Assembly: GCA_963773165.1 (NCBI GenBank)
Contig: CAVZAK010000036.1
Span: 16,080 to 80,079, forward strand
Direction: 5' to 3'
Source: an uncultured Solirubrobacterales bacterium
GTDB lineage: Bacteria; Actinomycetota; Thermoleophilia; Solirubrobacterales; Solirubrobacteraceae
DNA length: 64,000 nt
In this document: one piece after another, positions 10,801 through 19,251 of the stretch
Layout of the letters: each line of letters opens with the position of its first letter
Numbering within the stretch: the first letter of the stretch is position 1
Notes under the pieces: generated by a model
Databases searched by the model: none
Told to the model about the DNA's origin: nothing
What the model saw: only the letters and a program-made list of their open reading frames with translations
Made by a program: the position numbers and the translations under genes

Positions 10801-11727
10801 CTGGCGGCCGGTGATGTCCGAGCTGACGGCGTGGGGCTCGAACACGGTCGTGCTCGCGTCGCACTGCGTGCGCGGCGTGATCGACGAGTAGCCAGGCGAG
10901 AACGCAGGGGCTCCGGTCGGAAGCTGCAGGGACGCGGTGATGAACACATTGGTGTTGAGCGTGTTGGTGAGCAGCCGAACATTCTTGACCGGTACCAGCA
11001 GGTCGAACACAAGACCAAGCGCCCTCTGCAGCACACCGTGCTGTCCGATGAACGTCAGCGCCTTGTGGAAGTCGATATCCGGCACCACGGGCACGGCCTG
11101 CTCCCCCGCGGGCGGCAGGTGGTAGTACGCCTGCGCAGCGAACGACTCGGCAGGGCTTGCGCCTGAGAAGTCGTTCGCATGTGGGATGGTGCCGCCCTTC
11201 GACCGAGCCTTGCGGTCGTTCGCCAGTTTCTGCATTTGATCCTGAGCGGTGACGCCGACGAGCACGTCGGCGATGGGTCCGTAGACGCTCTTGAGCGTGT
11301 CGAGCGTGGGGACCTCGCTCGGTGAGTACTGGGTGTACTGGTTCTGGAGGAACCCAGTGACCTGCTGGACCGGATAGGACGCGATCGCGAGGTTCCTGAA
11401 CCTGTCCTGGATTGGTTCAGGCGGTCCATATTCGACACTTGTGGGGAAGAGCGCCGTCCACAGTGAGGAGTTCAGGCCGGAGGTGTCGAGCGCGACGGCG
11501 ATCGTCTGCGTGAACGTGCTGCCGAACGTGATGAGCCATTCCAGGCCATCTGCGGCCAGTGTCGACAGTGTCGACGGCCAGTCCTGCCAGTCGGAGAAAT
11601 CGGACAGCGTTCCGGTCGCGCCGCCGCTCAGCTCCGGCGAGATGAGGACCGACAGCTGGAGATTGGTGCCGCCCGAGTCGAGGCCGTTCGGCACGGCGGT
11701 CCACTTGATCGTCTGTGTCGGTGCCAA
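7840..11727 (-). CDS. large uncharacterised protein (1295 aa), no signal peptide
   Basis: true start TTG 11727 with AGGAGA RBS overlapping the upstream stop (ORF track overextends to 12072); MAPTQTIKWTAVPNG...LQLSVLISPEL; LPPLRFGHTYQLRARIVD; RMALARYQP. Confidence 0.8.
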   Translation of the reverse strand: MAPTQTIKWTAVPNGLDSGGTNLQLSVLISPELSGGATGTLSDFSDWQDWPSTLSTLAADGLEWLITFGSTFTQTIAVALDTSGLNSSLWTALFPTSVEYGPPEPIQDRFRNLAIASYPVQQVTGFLQNQYTQYSPSEVPTLDTLKSVYGPIADVLVGVTAQDQMQKLANDRKARSKGGTIPHANDFSGASPAESFAAQAYYHLPPAGEQAVPVVPDIDFHKALTFIGQHGVLQRALGLVFDLLVPVKNVRLLTNTLNTNVFITASLQLPTGAPAFSPGYSSITPRTQCDASTTVFEPHAVSSDITGRQLTVGDPTSFLAHVIDFDGAGLRASNFATQIRLTESPAAIHPRYIAAAVAPAPTTPMTPPMIRSNGLTLTQVNRGVTFASSLIRSFLLYDAVVNSNPVPDLTAEDLVRGYVLDVFDAANNTWRSTAEWLCTYKAGSQTLSGPSSAPFSESSTQAPPRVQNSPTDPNSQQANVSEVLLRYNGWSNAVPRPGRVIQDADSQVTSPNPIPFSQLAITVAPPPGRLPPLRFGHTYQLRARIVDVCNNAQPVDTTTSNSQQATAPMVYGRHEPIGSPDVYGQSILRLAESLKRLVIRDVDGAADSLRALAPQRCAEPFAEWHSMFDNGSGGAINGNMATYNEIVNRESAQYPDPPTDPTAAPTVIPLATPVPYLPDPLARGGVLTITDGTLGGQTVPFDFSPASGDNWPDYRPYGLKLVPGTNPPQNAVQAVNVDTTNRLITFTLTKGDTVILNLCSTCDTADIPLFGLSSWFNQFDAAAAASGQYWSITPAVQVELVYAVQQPLLTPEFPNLPTPPRAAGDTFAPLEGDLTYSPKSTSTIDLLASWGDPVDDPIHNLPVQGPGAPNPNLRPTTNSPVATVPSATNPLANAGSQLYTATDRFSARHEFYDTKHRNVTYHGVATSQFSEFYAPGTNVTKATAHPVLVDIPSSARPDTPKVAYVVPIYDWQLTQPNSKTTVSERSPSALRVFIDRPWWSSGIDELLGVVTWPGAEAGPVIPILRARARSANGVRRQRAIGGGGGINSAIPSDEAEFVTDWGADPVFGSSALPSLHPRVSTFSNATESGFGLSIEENAGISVNVAGHPVLFDATRNLWYCDIAINTGATYTPMVRMALARYQPNSVSGVELSRIVLADIMSLEPGRTATVVRKGAHELSSVSLSGFSYSAAAAARNVAPGQAELIIERRVPAIQDQTLGWEQFGQPIKMNAGRAVGGVTTWVARNVKLPSNGSVRLCINQYEVLPTDNRRATRGFYTLAQRGRELRLLYQDLIPL

Positions 11728-11735
11728 GGTCTCTC

Positions 11736-14700
11736 CTATGCGGCGAACGCCTGGCAGTAGGACTGCCAGTCCGGGAAGGCCATCTGGTCGGCGAACGTCG
11801 GTGGCGTCGTCGCCAGCGCGTGGCCGTGGCGCCCTGCGTTCAAGCTGACCGACGAGGAGCCGTTGCCGTTGTTGGTGAACGTCTTGGTCGCGGTGGCGCT
11901 GACCGAGAAGTGGAAGAACAGAATCGAGATCGAGATCGTCACCGTCGCGGTCCCGGTTACCGACGACGGTGGTTCCTCGTAGGTGAGGCTCAGGTCGAAC
12001 TCCAGCGACATCTGGATGATCCCGAGGATGCTCAGCGAGCCCGTGAGCTTCACGTAGCCGGTCAGGATGCACGTGTTCTTTCCGGTGCTCGGATCCAGGT
12101 CGTAGGTGAACTGGAACCCGGCGGTCAGGCTGACGGACCCCGAAGCCACGCCCAGGTTGATCGCGGCCATCGCGCCGAAGTCGAAACCGGCGTCGATCTC
12201 GTGGACCCCGTCGGTGCCGATCTTGATCCCGAAGTAACCACCGCCGCCGAAGATCGCCAGCGCCAGCTGGAACGGGTTGTCCCGGGTCGAGAACCCGAAG
12301 CCGAACACGGCGGGGGTCCCGTCGAACGGCAGCATGAAGTTCGCGTCGATGCCCACGTGCGAGAGCTGGAAAAGCCCGACGGCGATCGTCGGAAGCTGGA
12401 CGTCGAGGTCGGCGCTAATGCCCGTCGGAAGGAGCTGGATCTTCGGACCGCCACCGCCGGTGGCAAAGCTCATGAACTCCTCGAGCTGCTGCACGAACTT
12501 CAGCGGCCCGACGAACCCAACGCCATGGATGTCGACGGTGACGTCGGCCTTCTGCCCGGTGGCCGAGCTGAACGTCAACGAGTTGAACGTGACCTGGATG
12601 AACTGATCCGTGTCGGTGCTCATCAGGTTCACGATGAAGTTGGTGAGCTTGCCCTGGATCGTGAACTTCGAGTTGCTCGGATTGGCGAGGTCGGTCGTGA
12701 TCGTCGCGTCGAGCATGAAGGCCGTCGTCGTCCCACCGCCCCGTGGGGTGACGATCGGGTTGTTGGTGACGATGTCGGGCTTCCACGTCACGCTCGTCGT
12801 CACGACGGTCCCGCTCGTGGTGTAGGTGATCCTCAGCGCCTTCGCGTTCGGGATCTCGGGCGTGCCGCCATCGAGGAACGACGCCACCGGAGCGATCAGC
12901 TCTGACAGAGGAACGCCGCCGAGGATCCGGGCCTGGAGGTCATCGCTCAAGCCGGCGAAGACCGAGTTGGGGTCAAATGTGCCGTGGAAGATGTTGTCGA
13001 GATCGGCGACTGGGCCGAGGCTCCGCGATATGCCCTGGAGCTGGAGGTTCGGCGTCAGCACGCCACCGGAGCTGCCGTTGCCGAACGACAGGTTGGTGGC
13101 GTTGCTCGCGTTGAACAGGATCTCCATGTAGACGTTGCCGGCGTTGCCGGTTGGCTGCTGCGACGTGCTGAAGCCGGTCGTGATGTACGGCGGGTAGTAG
13201 GCGACCGCGGGCGATGGATTCCCTTTGAGCGGTGCGCCGCCGCTCGCCTGCTCTGCCGAAGCCAGCCGCACCACGGCCTGCGCGCCGGTGTCCTGGCCGT
13301 TGATCGACGGGGTTAGCGTCGGATAGCACTGAGCCTGGTCGTTGTCCTGGAACTGGGTCGTCGATCCACCGGCTCCCGGGCTGGCGCCGAACGACATCGA
13401 CTTGACCTGAAGGTCGGTGTCCCCAAGCGTCACCGACTGCGCGAACGCGATCGTCTGACCGCCGAACGACGCCAGGCGCACCGGGTCAGTCGAAGCGAGG
13501 CCGTTGTAGTGGTTCCGGACGATCGCCGCCGGCAGGCCGTTCGTGGCGTCCTCGTAGGCGACGAACACAGCCTCGGCGTTGAACGAGATGTCCCGGCCGA
13601 CCCAATCCGTGCCGACGAAATGCCACTTGAACGGAACCCCCGTTACGGTCGGCACATAAGGCGCGGCCGTGAAGAAGAACGACGCGTTCGATCCCAGCGC
13701 CGGGTTGAGGAAGTTGACCGCCGGGTCGAGGTCGGGCGTGCGCAGGGTGTTCAGCGTCAGGCTCCGGAACGGGAAGTCGCGGCTGTTGTTGGCGATCCCG
13801 AACGTCTCGGCGGGGTCGTAGCTGAGCGTCGGCTCGCGCACGACGAGATAGACGATCTGCCGCGACGTGGCCACGATCTCGCCGTTCAGCTCCTCGAACT
13901 GGCGCTCGGTCACGGTGACCTGCACGACGTGGTGGCCGAACGGGAACAGGAAGCCCTTGTTGACGACCTTCACGTATTGGTCGCGGCCGAGCGTCGCCAG
14001 GTGCTTCCACTCGACGAGCGACAGCGTCGGGTCGTCCCACACGGCATCTGAGTCGAGGAACCCCCCGCGCGATGTCAGCCACAACTTCTTCGCGGCGATG
14101 TCGGCCCGACCGGCGAGCGCGAAGTCGCTCGTCAACTTGACGATCTGATAGCGATCGTTTGGGGTGAGGGAGGTCCGGAACGGACCGAGCGCGCTCTCCG
14201 GCGGCCCCCCGCCCTTCAGCGTCGGCGGTCCTGGTGACGCGAACGTACGCGTTTGCGTGTCGAAGTTCCAGATCGCCCGGAGCGAGCCGCCGTCACCGGA
14301 ATTGGGGTTCGCGCTCTTCGCCAGTCTCGTGCGCCACAGCTCGGTCGACCCGTTGGCCGTGATGGGGTCGGTTGGATGGGTCCACTGCGATCCGGCCACG
14401 GGCGATATGGCCAGGTGCCACGGGAGCTCGATCGAGGTCTCCGTCGGTTCGGGCGCGCGGATCACCGGGGGATGGCCGAAGCCGAAGATCACGAGCGGCG
14501 GGGCCGGCCCGACCCTGGACACGGGCGAGATCCCTCCGGCACGCGACTCGTGTGCGTGCCTCCGAAGGTCGTGTTCCAGCCGTTCTCGCCGGTCGCGGGA
14601 GAGAAGATGAAGGAGGCTCGGCGGTGGTACGTACGCCGCCGCCGGCGTCAGGGCAAGCTCGAGTGGCGACCAGTTCAGCAGCCCGGCCACCGTGAACGGG

Positions 14701-15284
14701 ATCGAATGGACGCTCGCAGGCAGGTTGAAGGCGATCCGCGAGGGTTGCGCCAGCAGTGCGTTCGTAGATCCCGGCGACGCCGGGGTTTCGTTCCCCGGGC
14801 CGGAGTTGGTCTTGGTCTCGAAGTAAGCCTGCTCGGTCAGATGCTGGGGGACGAACGTGAACACGATCGTCGCCTTCCCCGGCCTCTTGCGGACCAGCTT
14901 CTGGCCCTTGCGAACGAGGTTGTAGCCGTCGACCTGCAGGAACAACATGTCCTCGCGCCGGCGCATCATCACCGTGATCGTCGGCGCGACCGGCGCCGTG
15001 ACCTGCAGCAACGGCGTGCCGAGCAGGGAGCGCGGGGCGACGGCAGACGGATTCCGAAGGAACGCCGCATGGGCCAGGTAGTCGACGGCCGCGGCGCCCG
15101 TGAGCGCTCCCGCTCCGGCGATGAACGCCCGGCGCGGGATGCCACGCCCGTTCGCAGTCGGTTCAGTCAGGCCACCGGCGCCCTCAGCGTTGGGGACGGG
15201 ATCGCCGCCGTTGCCTTTGGGCAGCGGTTCGTTGCCCTCTGCGGGAGCTTCCTCTCCAGCCGATCGATCCAACGGTCCCTCCAA
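11736..15284 (-). CDS. large uncharacterised beta-rich protein (1182 aa) with twin-arginine (Tat) signal
   Basis: AGGAGG upstream of TTG; IPRRAFIAGAGALTGAAA; amphipathic beta-strand-rich C-terminus ending WQSYCQAFAA. Confidence 0.8.
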   Translation of the reverse strand: MEGPLDRSAGEEAPAEGNEPLPKGNGGDPVPNAEGAGGLTEPTANGRGIPRRAFIAGAGALTGAAAVDYLAHAAFLRNPSAVAPRSLLGTPLLQVTAPVAPTITVMMRRREDMLFLQVDGYNLVRKGQKLVRKRPGKATIVFTFVPQHLTEQAYFETKTNSGPGNETPASPGSTNALLAQPSRIAFNLPASVHSIPFTVAGLLNWSPLELALTPAAAYVPPPSLLHLLSRDRRERLEHDLRRHAHESRAGGISPVSRVGPAPPLVIFGFGHPPVIRAPEPTETSIELPWHLAISPVAGSQWTHPTDPITANGSTELWRTRLAKSANPNSGDGGSLRAIWNFDTQTRTFASPGPPTLKGGGPPESALGPFRTSLTPNDRYQIVKLTSDFALAGRADIAAKKLWLTSRGGFLDSDAVWDDPTLSLVEWKHLATLGRDQYVKVVNKGFLFPFGHHVVQVTVTERQFEELNGEIVATSRQIVYLVVREPTLSYDPAETFGIANNSRDFPFRSLTLNTLRTPDLDPAVNFLNPALGSNASFFFTAAPYVPTVTGVPFKWHFVGTDWVGRDISFNAEAVFVAYEDATNGLPAAIVRNHYNGLASTDPVRLASFGGQTIAFAQSVTLGDTDLQVKSMSFGASPGAGGSTTQFQDNDQAQCYPTLTPSINGQDTGAQAVVRLASAEQASGGAPLKGNPSPAVAYYPPYITTGFSTSQQPTGNAGNVYMEILFNASNATNLSFGNGSSGGVLTPNLQLQGISRSLGPVADLDNIFHGTFDPNSVFAGLSDDLQARILGGVPLSELIAPVASFLDGGTPEIPNAKALRITYTTSGTVVTTSVTWKPDIVTNNPIVTPRGGGTTTAFMLDATITTDLANPSNSKFTIQGKLTNFIVNLMSTDTDQFIQVTFNSLTFSSATGQKADVTVDIHGVGFVGPLKFVQQLEEFMSFATGGGGPKIQLLPTGISADLDVQLPTIAVGLFQLSHVGIDANFMLPFDGTPAVFGFGFSTRDNPFQLALAIFGGGGYFGIKIGTDGVHEIDAGFDFGAMAAINLGVASGSVSLTAGFQFTYDLDPSTGKNTCILTGYVKLTGSLSILGIIQMSLEFDLSLTYEEPPSSVTGTATVTISISILFFHFSVSATATKTFTNNGNGSSSVSLNAGRHGHALATTPPTFADQMAFPDWQSYCQAFAA

Positions 15285-15390
15285 CGGAGGTGCGCCCCTC
15301 CTGTTACCCCAGTGCAGCGTTCAGACGCGAGATCCTATAGCGACCGTCAAGGGGCGCTACCCGGGATCCGATGCGGCGCGGCGAAGCCGT

Positions 15391-16047
15391 TTACGCAGTC
15401 GGGCCCGAGTTGTCCCCGGGATCATCGGGAGCGCGGATCCACTGAACGATCCGTCCGTGCGAAATCACGAAATTCGTGCGCGCCGTCTGGCCGGCACCGC
15501 CGCCACAGTTCGAGCCACCCGGTCCCGGCCTCCCGGTCAGCTCAAAGAGCGCGTTGACGTAGCGACCTCGCATATCGGCCGACAGGAACGTCGCGCCGCA
15601 CGGAAGCGTCTCGTTCGCCGCCTCGGCCTGCGCCGCTGTGTCGATCCGGATCACCGAGACCTGTCCATTGGCCGCAGCGCCGTTGATCATCTCGCTCGGA
15701 TGCGCAAAGAGCCGGGCGGCGCTATGTACGTCCCCGTCGCGGAGCGCGTCCGACCACTGCCGGATCACCTGCACCGCCGCCGGATTGGCCTTGATCCCGG
15801 TCGGCCCCGGCGTCGGGATCGTGAACGTCCCGCCAGTCCCGCCCGGCGAGGCGGAGTTGGGCTGCGCCTGCGGGACCGTGTTCGGCGGCCCTTCCGGGAC
15901 CGTGTTCGGCGGGCTGGTTTCCACGCCCGCCTGCCGTTGGGTGCTGGTTCGATGCGACGTCTGGCTGGAGCCGCCCGAGCCGCACCCGCCGAGTACCAGC
16001 GCCGCCACCGATACGACGCCCAGCACCCGGAAGCGCGCCGCGGTCAT
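15391..16047 (-). CDS. lipoprotein with Pro/Thr-rich linker and SnoaL/NTF2-like C-terminal domain
   Basis: lipobox VLGGC; WSDALRDGDVHSAARLF...FVISHGRIVQWIR. Confidence 0.7.
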   Translation of the reverse strand: MTAARFRVLGVVSVAALVLGGCGSGGSSQTSHRTSTQRQAGVETSPPNTVPEGPPNTVPQAQPNSASPGGTGGTFTIPTPGPTGIKANPAAVQVIRQWSDALRDGDVHSAARLFAHPSEMINGAAANGQVSVIRIDTAAQAEAANETLPCGATFLSADMRGRYVNALFELTGRPGPGGSNCGGGAGQTARTNFVISHGRIVQWIRAPDDPGDNSGPTA

Positions 16048-16088
16048 CGTCCTACATCATGGCACCCGCCAATCGCGCGCCGGTGACG

Positions 16089-16496
16089 TTAGGAAGACAC
16101 GACTGCGTTGCCACCCCGCTCGATCATGACCGAGGTCGCCTTCACGACCGCCGTCGCCCCCACGCCGGCGGCCAGTCCGAGCTCCTCGACCGAGTCTCGC
16201 GTGATCGCGGCCGTGATCAGGAACGGTCCGGCCTCCAGCTCGACGAGCGCCATCACCCCGTCGGACTCGACCGAGCGGACCACCCCGGTGAAGCGGTTGC
16301 GCGCCGAGCGCTCGGTTCCGGTTCGGTGGCGCACAGGGCGTTGGCTGAGTCTCACGATCTCGGAAACGGGAACCAGCCGGCGGTTGCGCGCGTCGCGCTT
16401 AGTCTGAATCTGACCCTTACGATCCCAGCGCCGCAGCGTGTCGATGCTGACTCCGAGCGCGGAGGCCGCCTCACCGAGCGAAAGGTCACCTGCCAT
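16089..16496 (-). CDS. MerR/excisionase-like HTH + TOBE domain regulator (molybdate/tungstate-sensing type)
   Basis: EAASALGVSIDTLRRWDRKG HTH; TOBE motifs SARN, ITRDS, VKATSV. Confidence 0.88.
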   Translation of the reverse strand: MAGDLSLGEAASALGVSIDTLRRWDRKGQIQTKRDARNRRLVPVSEIVRLSQRPVRHRTGTERSARNRFTGVVRSVESDGVMALVELEAGPFLITAAITRDSVEELGLAAGVGATAVVKATSVMIERGGNAVVSS

Positions 16497-16523
16497 GTCG
16501 TCCCAGACGGTACACCGCAGCCG

Positions 16524-17036
16524 TCAAGCGGTCGTCGCGCCAGGGGTCCCGCAGGCCCGCAGGCCATAGCCGGTGGCGAGTGACGCCGCCGGACTGGCGC
16601 GTAACGCGGCCTCGGCGTTCGTCACGGCCTGGCGGTCGTTCTGCTTCGCCGCGGCGGCGAGCTTGCGGTAGTTCTCCACCTCCTGGCCCAGGGCCTCGAA
16701 GTACTGCGCGAGCGCCGCCTTATCCCGCGCGTCCTCAGGCGGGGCGTTGAGCGCGCGCAGCTGCGTCACTTCGCCCTGCACGATCGGCAGCACAGCCGCC
16801 ACGTACTGGTCCAGCGCGGTCGACGGGGAGAGCGATCGCGTCTGGCGCAGAGCCGAGGCGCAGATCGCGTCCGCGCGGGCGATGAAGTCGCTCTTCGTGT
16901 AGGTGCTCCCACACCCGACGATCAGTGCGGCCGTCAGGAGCGCGGAACCGAGCACAGCCAGGCGGCGAGACCGCGGCGGCGTGATCTCGGCACCCAGGCT
17001 GCGCTCACAACCGCCCTTCTGCACCGGCCCAAACAT
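16524..17036 (-). CDS. hypothetical lipoprotein
   Basis: lipobox LIVGC followed by FIARADAIC and a helical domain; start uncertain. Confidence 0.65.
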   Translation of the reverse strand: MFGPVQKGGCERSLGAEITPPRSRRLAVLGSALLTAALIVGCGSTYTKSDFIARADAICASALRQTRSLSPSTALDQYVAAVLPIVQGEVTQLRALNAPPEDARDKAALAQYFEALGQEVENYRKLAAAAKQNDRQAVTNAEAALRASPAASLATGYGLRACGTPGATTA

Positions 17037-17133
17037 ACAGCCGACCGGGTCTCGCAGCCCTCGCGGCGCTCCGGTCTGCCTACGCCGTGCCCTCCCCCAG
17101 TTGCGTGAGAGCGGAGTCGCCAGGCGACGTCAT

Positions 17134-17164
17134 CTATGCATTGCCTATGCACCGGCTCTATGCT
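17134..17164 (+). promoter_or_regulatory. three CTATGC direct repeats overlapping a TATGCT -10 box
   Basis: CTATGC at 17134, 17145 and 17158; TATGCT at 17159-17164 lies six nt before ATG 17171. Confidence 0.5.
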
Positions 17165-17170
17165 GCGCCG

Positions 17171-19243
17171 ATGATTGAGATACCTGTCGTTCCCTATCCA
17201 TCCCTGCGCCGGGGCGGGGAACGCCTTCGTTTCGGCACTGGGCAAAGGCTTTGCACCGCACCTCTTCTCGGGCTATTGGCGGCGGTAGCGCTCCTGTTGA
17301 TGCCCGCCCTCGCTAACGCCGACAGCTCGTCGACCCTTACGGTCGTCGGCACGAGCGACGTTAGTGACTCCGGCCTGGTCGCCAACCTGATCCAGAAGGA
17401 CTTCCACCAGGCCTATCCGCAGTACACGTTCAAATACATCCCCGGCGCCACCGGCACCGCGATCACCCAGGCCGAGAGCGGCTCACAGGGAGCCAGCGCT
17501 CTGATCGTCCACTCGGCGACGCTCGAGAACCAGTTCGTGGCCAAGGGCTATTCCTACGAGCGGTACGGCCGCGCGATCTTCACGAACGACTTCGTGCTGG
17601 GCGGGCCGAAGGGCGATCCTGCGGGCGTCGCGGCGAACGGACCCCACAACATCGCCCAGGCGTTCGCCGACATCGCCGCAGCTGGCATCAACGGCGGTGG
17701 CACGCCGAAGGCAACGCTGGTCTCGCGGGGCGGTACGCCAGGGACCACCGTCGAGGAGCACAAGATCTGGGGTCTGGTCAGCAGCGCCCACCTCGCTCCG
17801 GCGGGACTGCTGCTCTGCACCGTTAACTCGACGGACGGCGGCGGCGAGACGCCCATCGCCGCAGGTCAGGGCGTCACGGCCTCGGGCCAGGCATGCCCGA
17901 ACGGTGGCGCGCTCCCGACCGGCGGCGCTTTGCCGAAGTGGTACATCGTTACCGGTGCCCAGCAGGGCGCGAACGTCCAGCTGGCCAACACCTGCGCCGG
18001 CTACCCGAGCGGCGCCAACACGTGCTACGTCCTAACCGACCGAGGCACGTACGACTACCTCGCGTCGGGAACCGATCCGGCCGGCAGCATCCCGAACCTG
18101 CAGATTGTGACCAGGGACGACGCCACATCGGCCCCCGGGGGTCAGTACGGGCTGATCAACTACTTCCACGCGTACATCATCAACCCGGCGATGCCGAACG
18201 AGCAGATCAACCTGCCCGCGGCGAAAGATCTGCTCAACCTGCTGACTTCGCCCGCGTTCCAGTCACAGCTGGCGGGGTATCTCGCCCACACCAGCGACCC
18301 CAGTGGCGCTCCGTTCAAGGCGGACGCGTCCCCAATCATCACCGAGCACGGACTTCCCCGCTCAGCCAAGGCGGGACGCCGAGTGACGGTCACAGGCACA
18401 GTGACGAACGCCGAGCCCGGTTATCCGGCTCTCTCGGGCAAAACGGTCTCGGTCGACGAGATCGTGGGTGGGGTTCCGGTGCCCGTCGCCAGCGGGACGA
18501 CTAACGCGACTGGCGCCTACACGATCAGCTTCCGGCCGACGTCGAGTGGTTCCTATGAGGTCGGAACTCCTCAGATCGCTCAGATCGAGGTGCCGACGAT
18601 CACGCCCGTGTTCGGGGACCTCCTCTCGCCCGGGGCGACTGCACCTGTCAAGGTGGCCGTCCACAGCGCGATCGCCAAGCTCACCGTGAAGTCGGTCGGT
18701 GGCAAAGCGCTGGTGGTCGGGTCGGTCACTCCCGCCAAGGGGCACGTTAAGGCGTCCGTCACGGTCCTGGCCCGCCTGGCAGGATCCAAGGGCCGCTTCA
18801 AGCGCGTCGCGACCGCGCGCCTGAGGTCGAGCGCCGGCAACTTCGCCGTCGCCGTCCCGCTGCGCGCCGGCCACTGGCAGCTCGAGGTGACGTTCAAGGA
18901 TCCGAAGGAGGTCGTCGCGACCTCGCGAAAGGTGAAGGTGACCGTCGGCGGCAAGCCCGCCACGAGCGTCACGCTCAGATCGGCGAAGGTCGAGCACGGG
19001 ACGCTGTCGATGAGCGGGAGCGTCAGTTCGGCGGCCGGAGGCAAGGTCGAGGCGCTCGCGCTCAACACGACCGGAGGCGCGGCGCGCTTCAAGGTTCTCG
19101 GAACGGCGAAGCTGGGCCCGCATGACACCAAGTTCTCGTTCCACGGGAAACTGAGGAGCGGGACGTGGGTGCTGGCCGTCGAGTACGTGCCGAACGGGCA
19201 ACCACCGAGCGTCTCGCAACTGAGGACGTCCACCGTACGCTAA
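17171..19243 (+). CDS. divergent TupA-like (tungstate/molybdate PBP2) substrate-binding protein with C-terminal Ig-like basic domains
   Basis: signal peptide PALANA-DSS (no lipobox); DSGL, VHS..LE.QFV, NDFVLGGP.GDPAGV, SRG..GT, LTDRGT, N.....INP; about 270 aa beta-rich Lys/Arg C-terminal extension. Confidence 0.8.
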   Translation: MIEIPVVPYPSLRRGGERLRFGTGQRLCTAPLLGLLAAVALLLMPALANADSSSTLTVVGTSDVSDSGLVANLIQKDFHQAYPQYTFKYIPGATGTAITQAESGSQGASALIVHSATLENQFVAKGYSYERYGRAIFTNDFVLGGPKGDPAGVAANGPHNIAQAFADIAAAGINGGGTPKATLVSRGGTPGTTVEEHKIWGLVSSAHLAPAGLLLCTVNSTDGGGETPIAAGQGVTASGQACPNGGALPTGGALPKWYIVTGAQQGANVQLANTCAGYPSGANTCYVLTDRGTYDYLASGTDPAGSIPNLQIVTRDDATSAPGGQYGLINYFHAYIINPAMPNEQINLPAAKDLLNLLTSPAFQSQLAGYLAHTSDPSGAPFKADASPIITEHGLPRSAKAGRRVTVTGTVTNAEPGYPALSGKTVSVDEIVGGVPVPVASGTTNATGAYTISFRPTSSGSYEVGTPQIAQIEVPTITPVFGDLLSPGATAPVKVAVHSAIAKLTVKSVGGKALVVGSVTPAKGHVKASVTVLARLAGSKGRFKRVATARLRSSAGNFAVAVPLRAGHWQLEVTFKDPKEVVATSRKVKVTVGGKPATSVTLRSAKVEHGTLSMSGSVSSAAGGKVEALALNTTGGAARFKVLGTAKLGPHDTKFSFHGKLRSGTWVLAVEYVPNGQPPSVSQLRTSTVR

Positions 19244-19251
19244 CGGGCGCG

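Noticed and set aside
7724-12905. Long alternative ORFs (7724..9454, 11715..12905) and the extension of the 1410-aa ORF to 12072
   Set aside because: Arg/Pro/Gly-rich shadow frames typical of high-GC DNA that overlap better-supported genes; the RBS supports TTG 11727
17037-17170. Cobalamin or Moco riboswitch upstream of the MotA/DUF2149 operon
   Set aside because: No recognisable B12-box or riboswitch core, and the promoter looks leaderless; an Infernal search would be definitive
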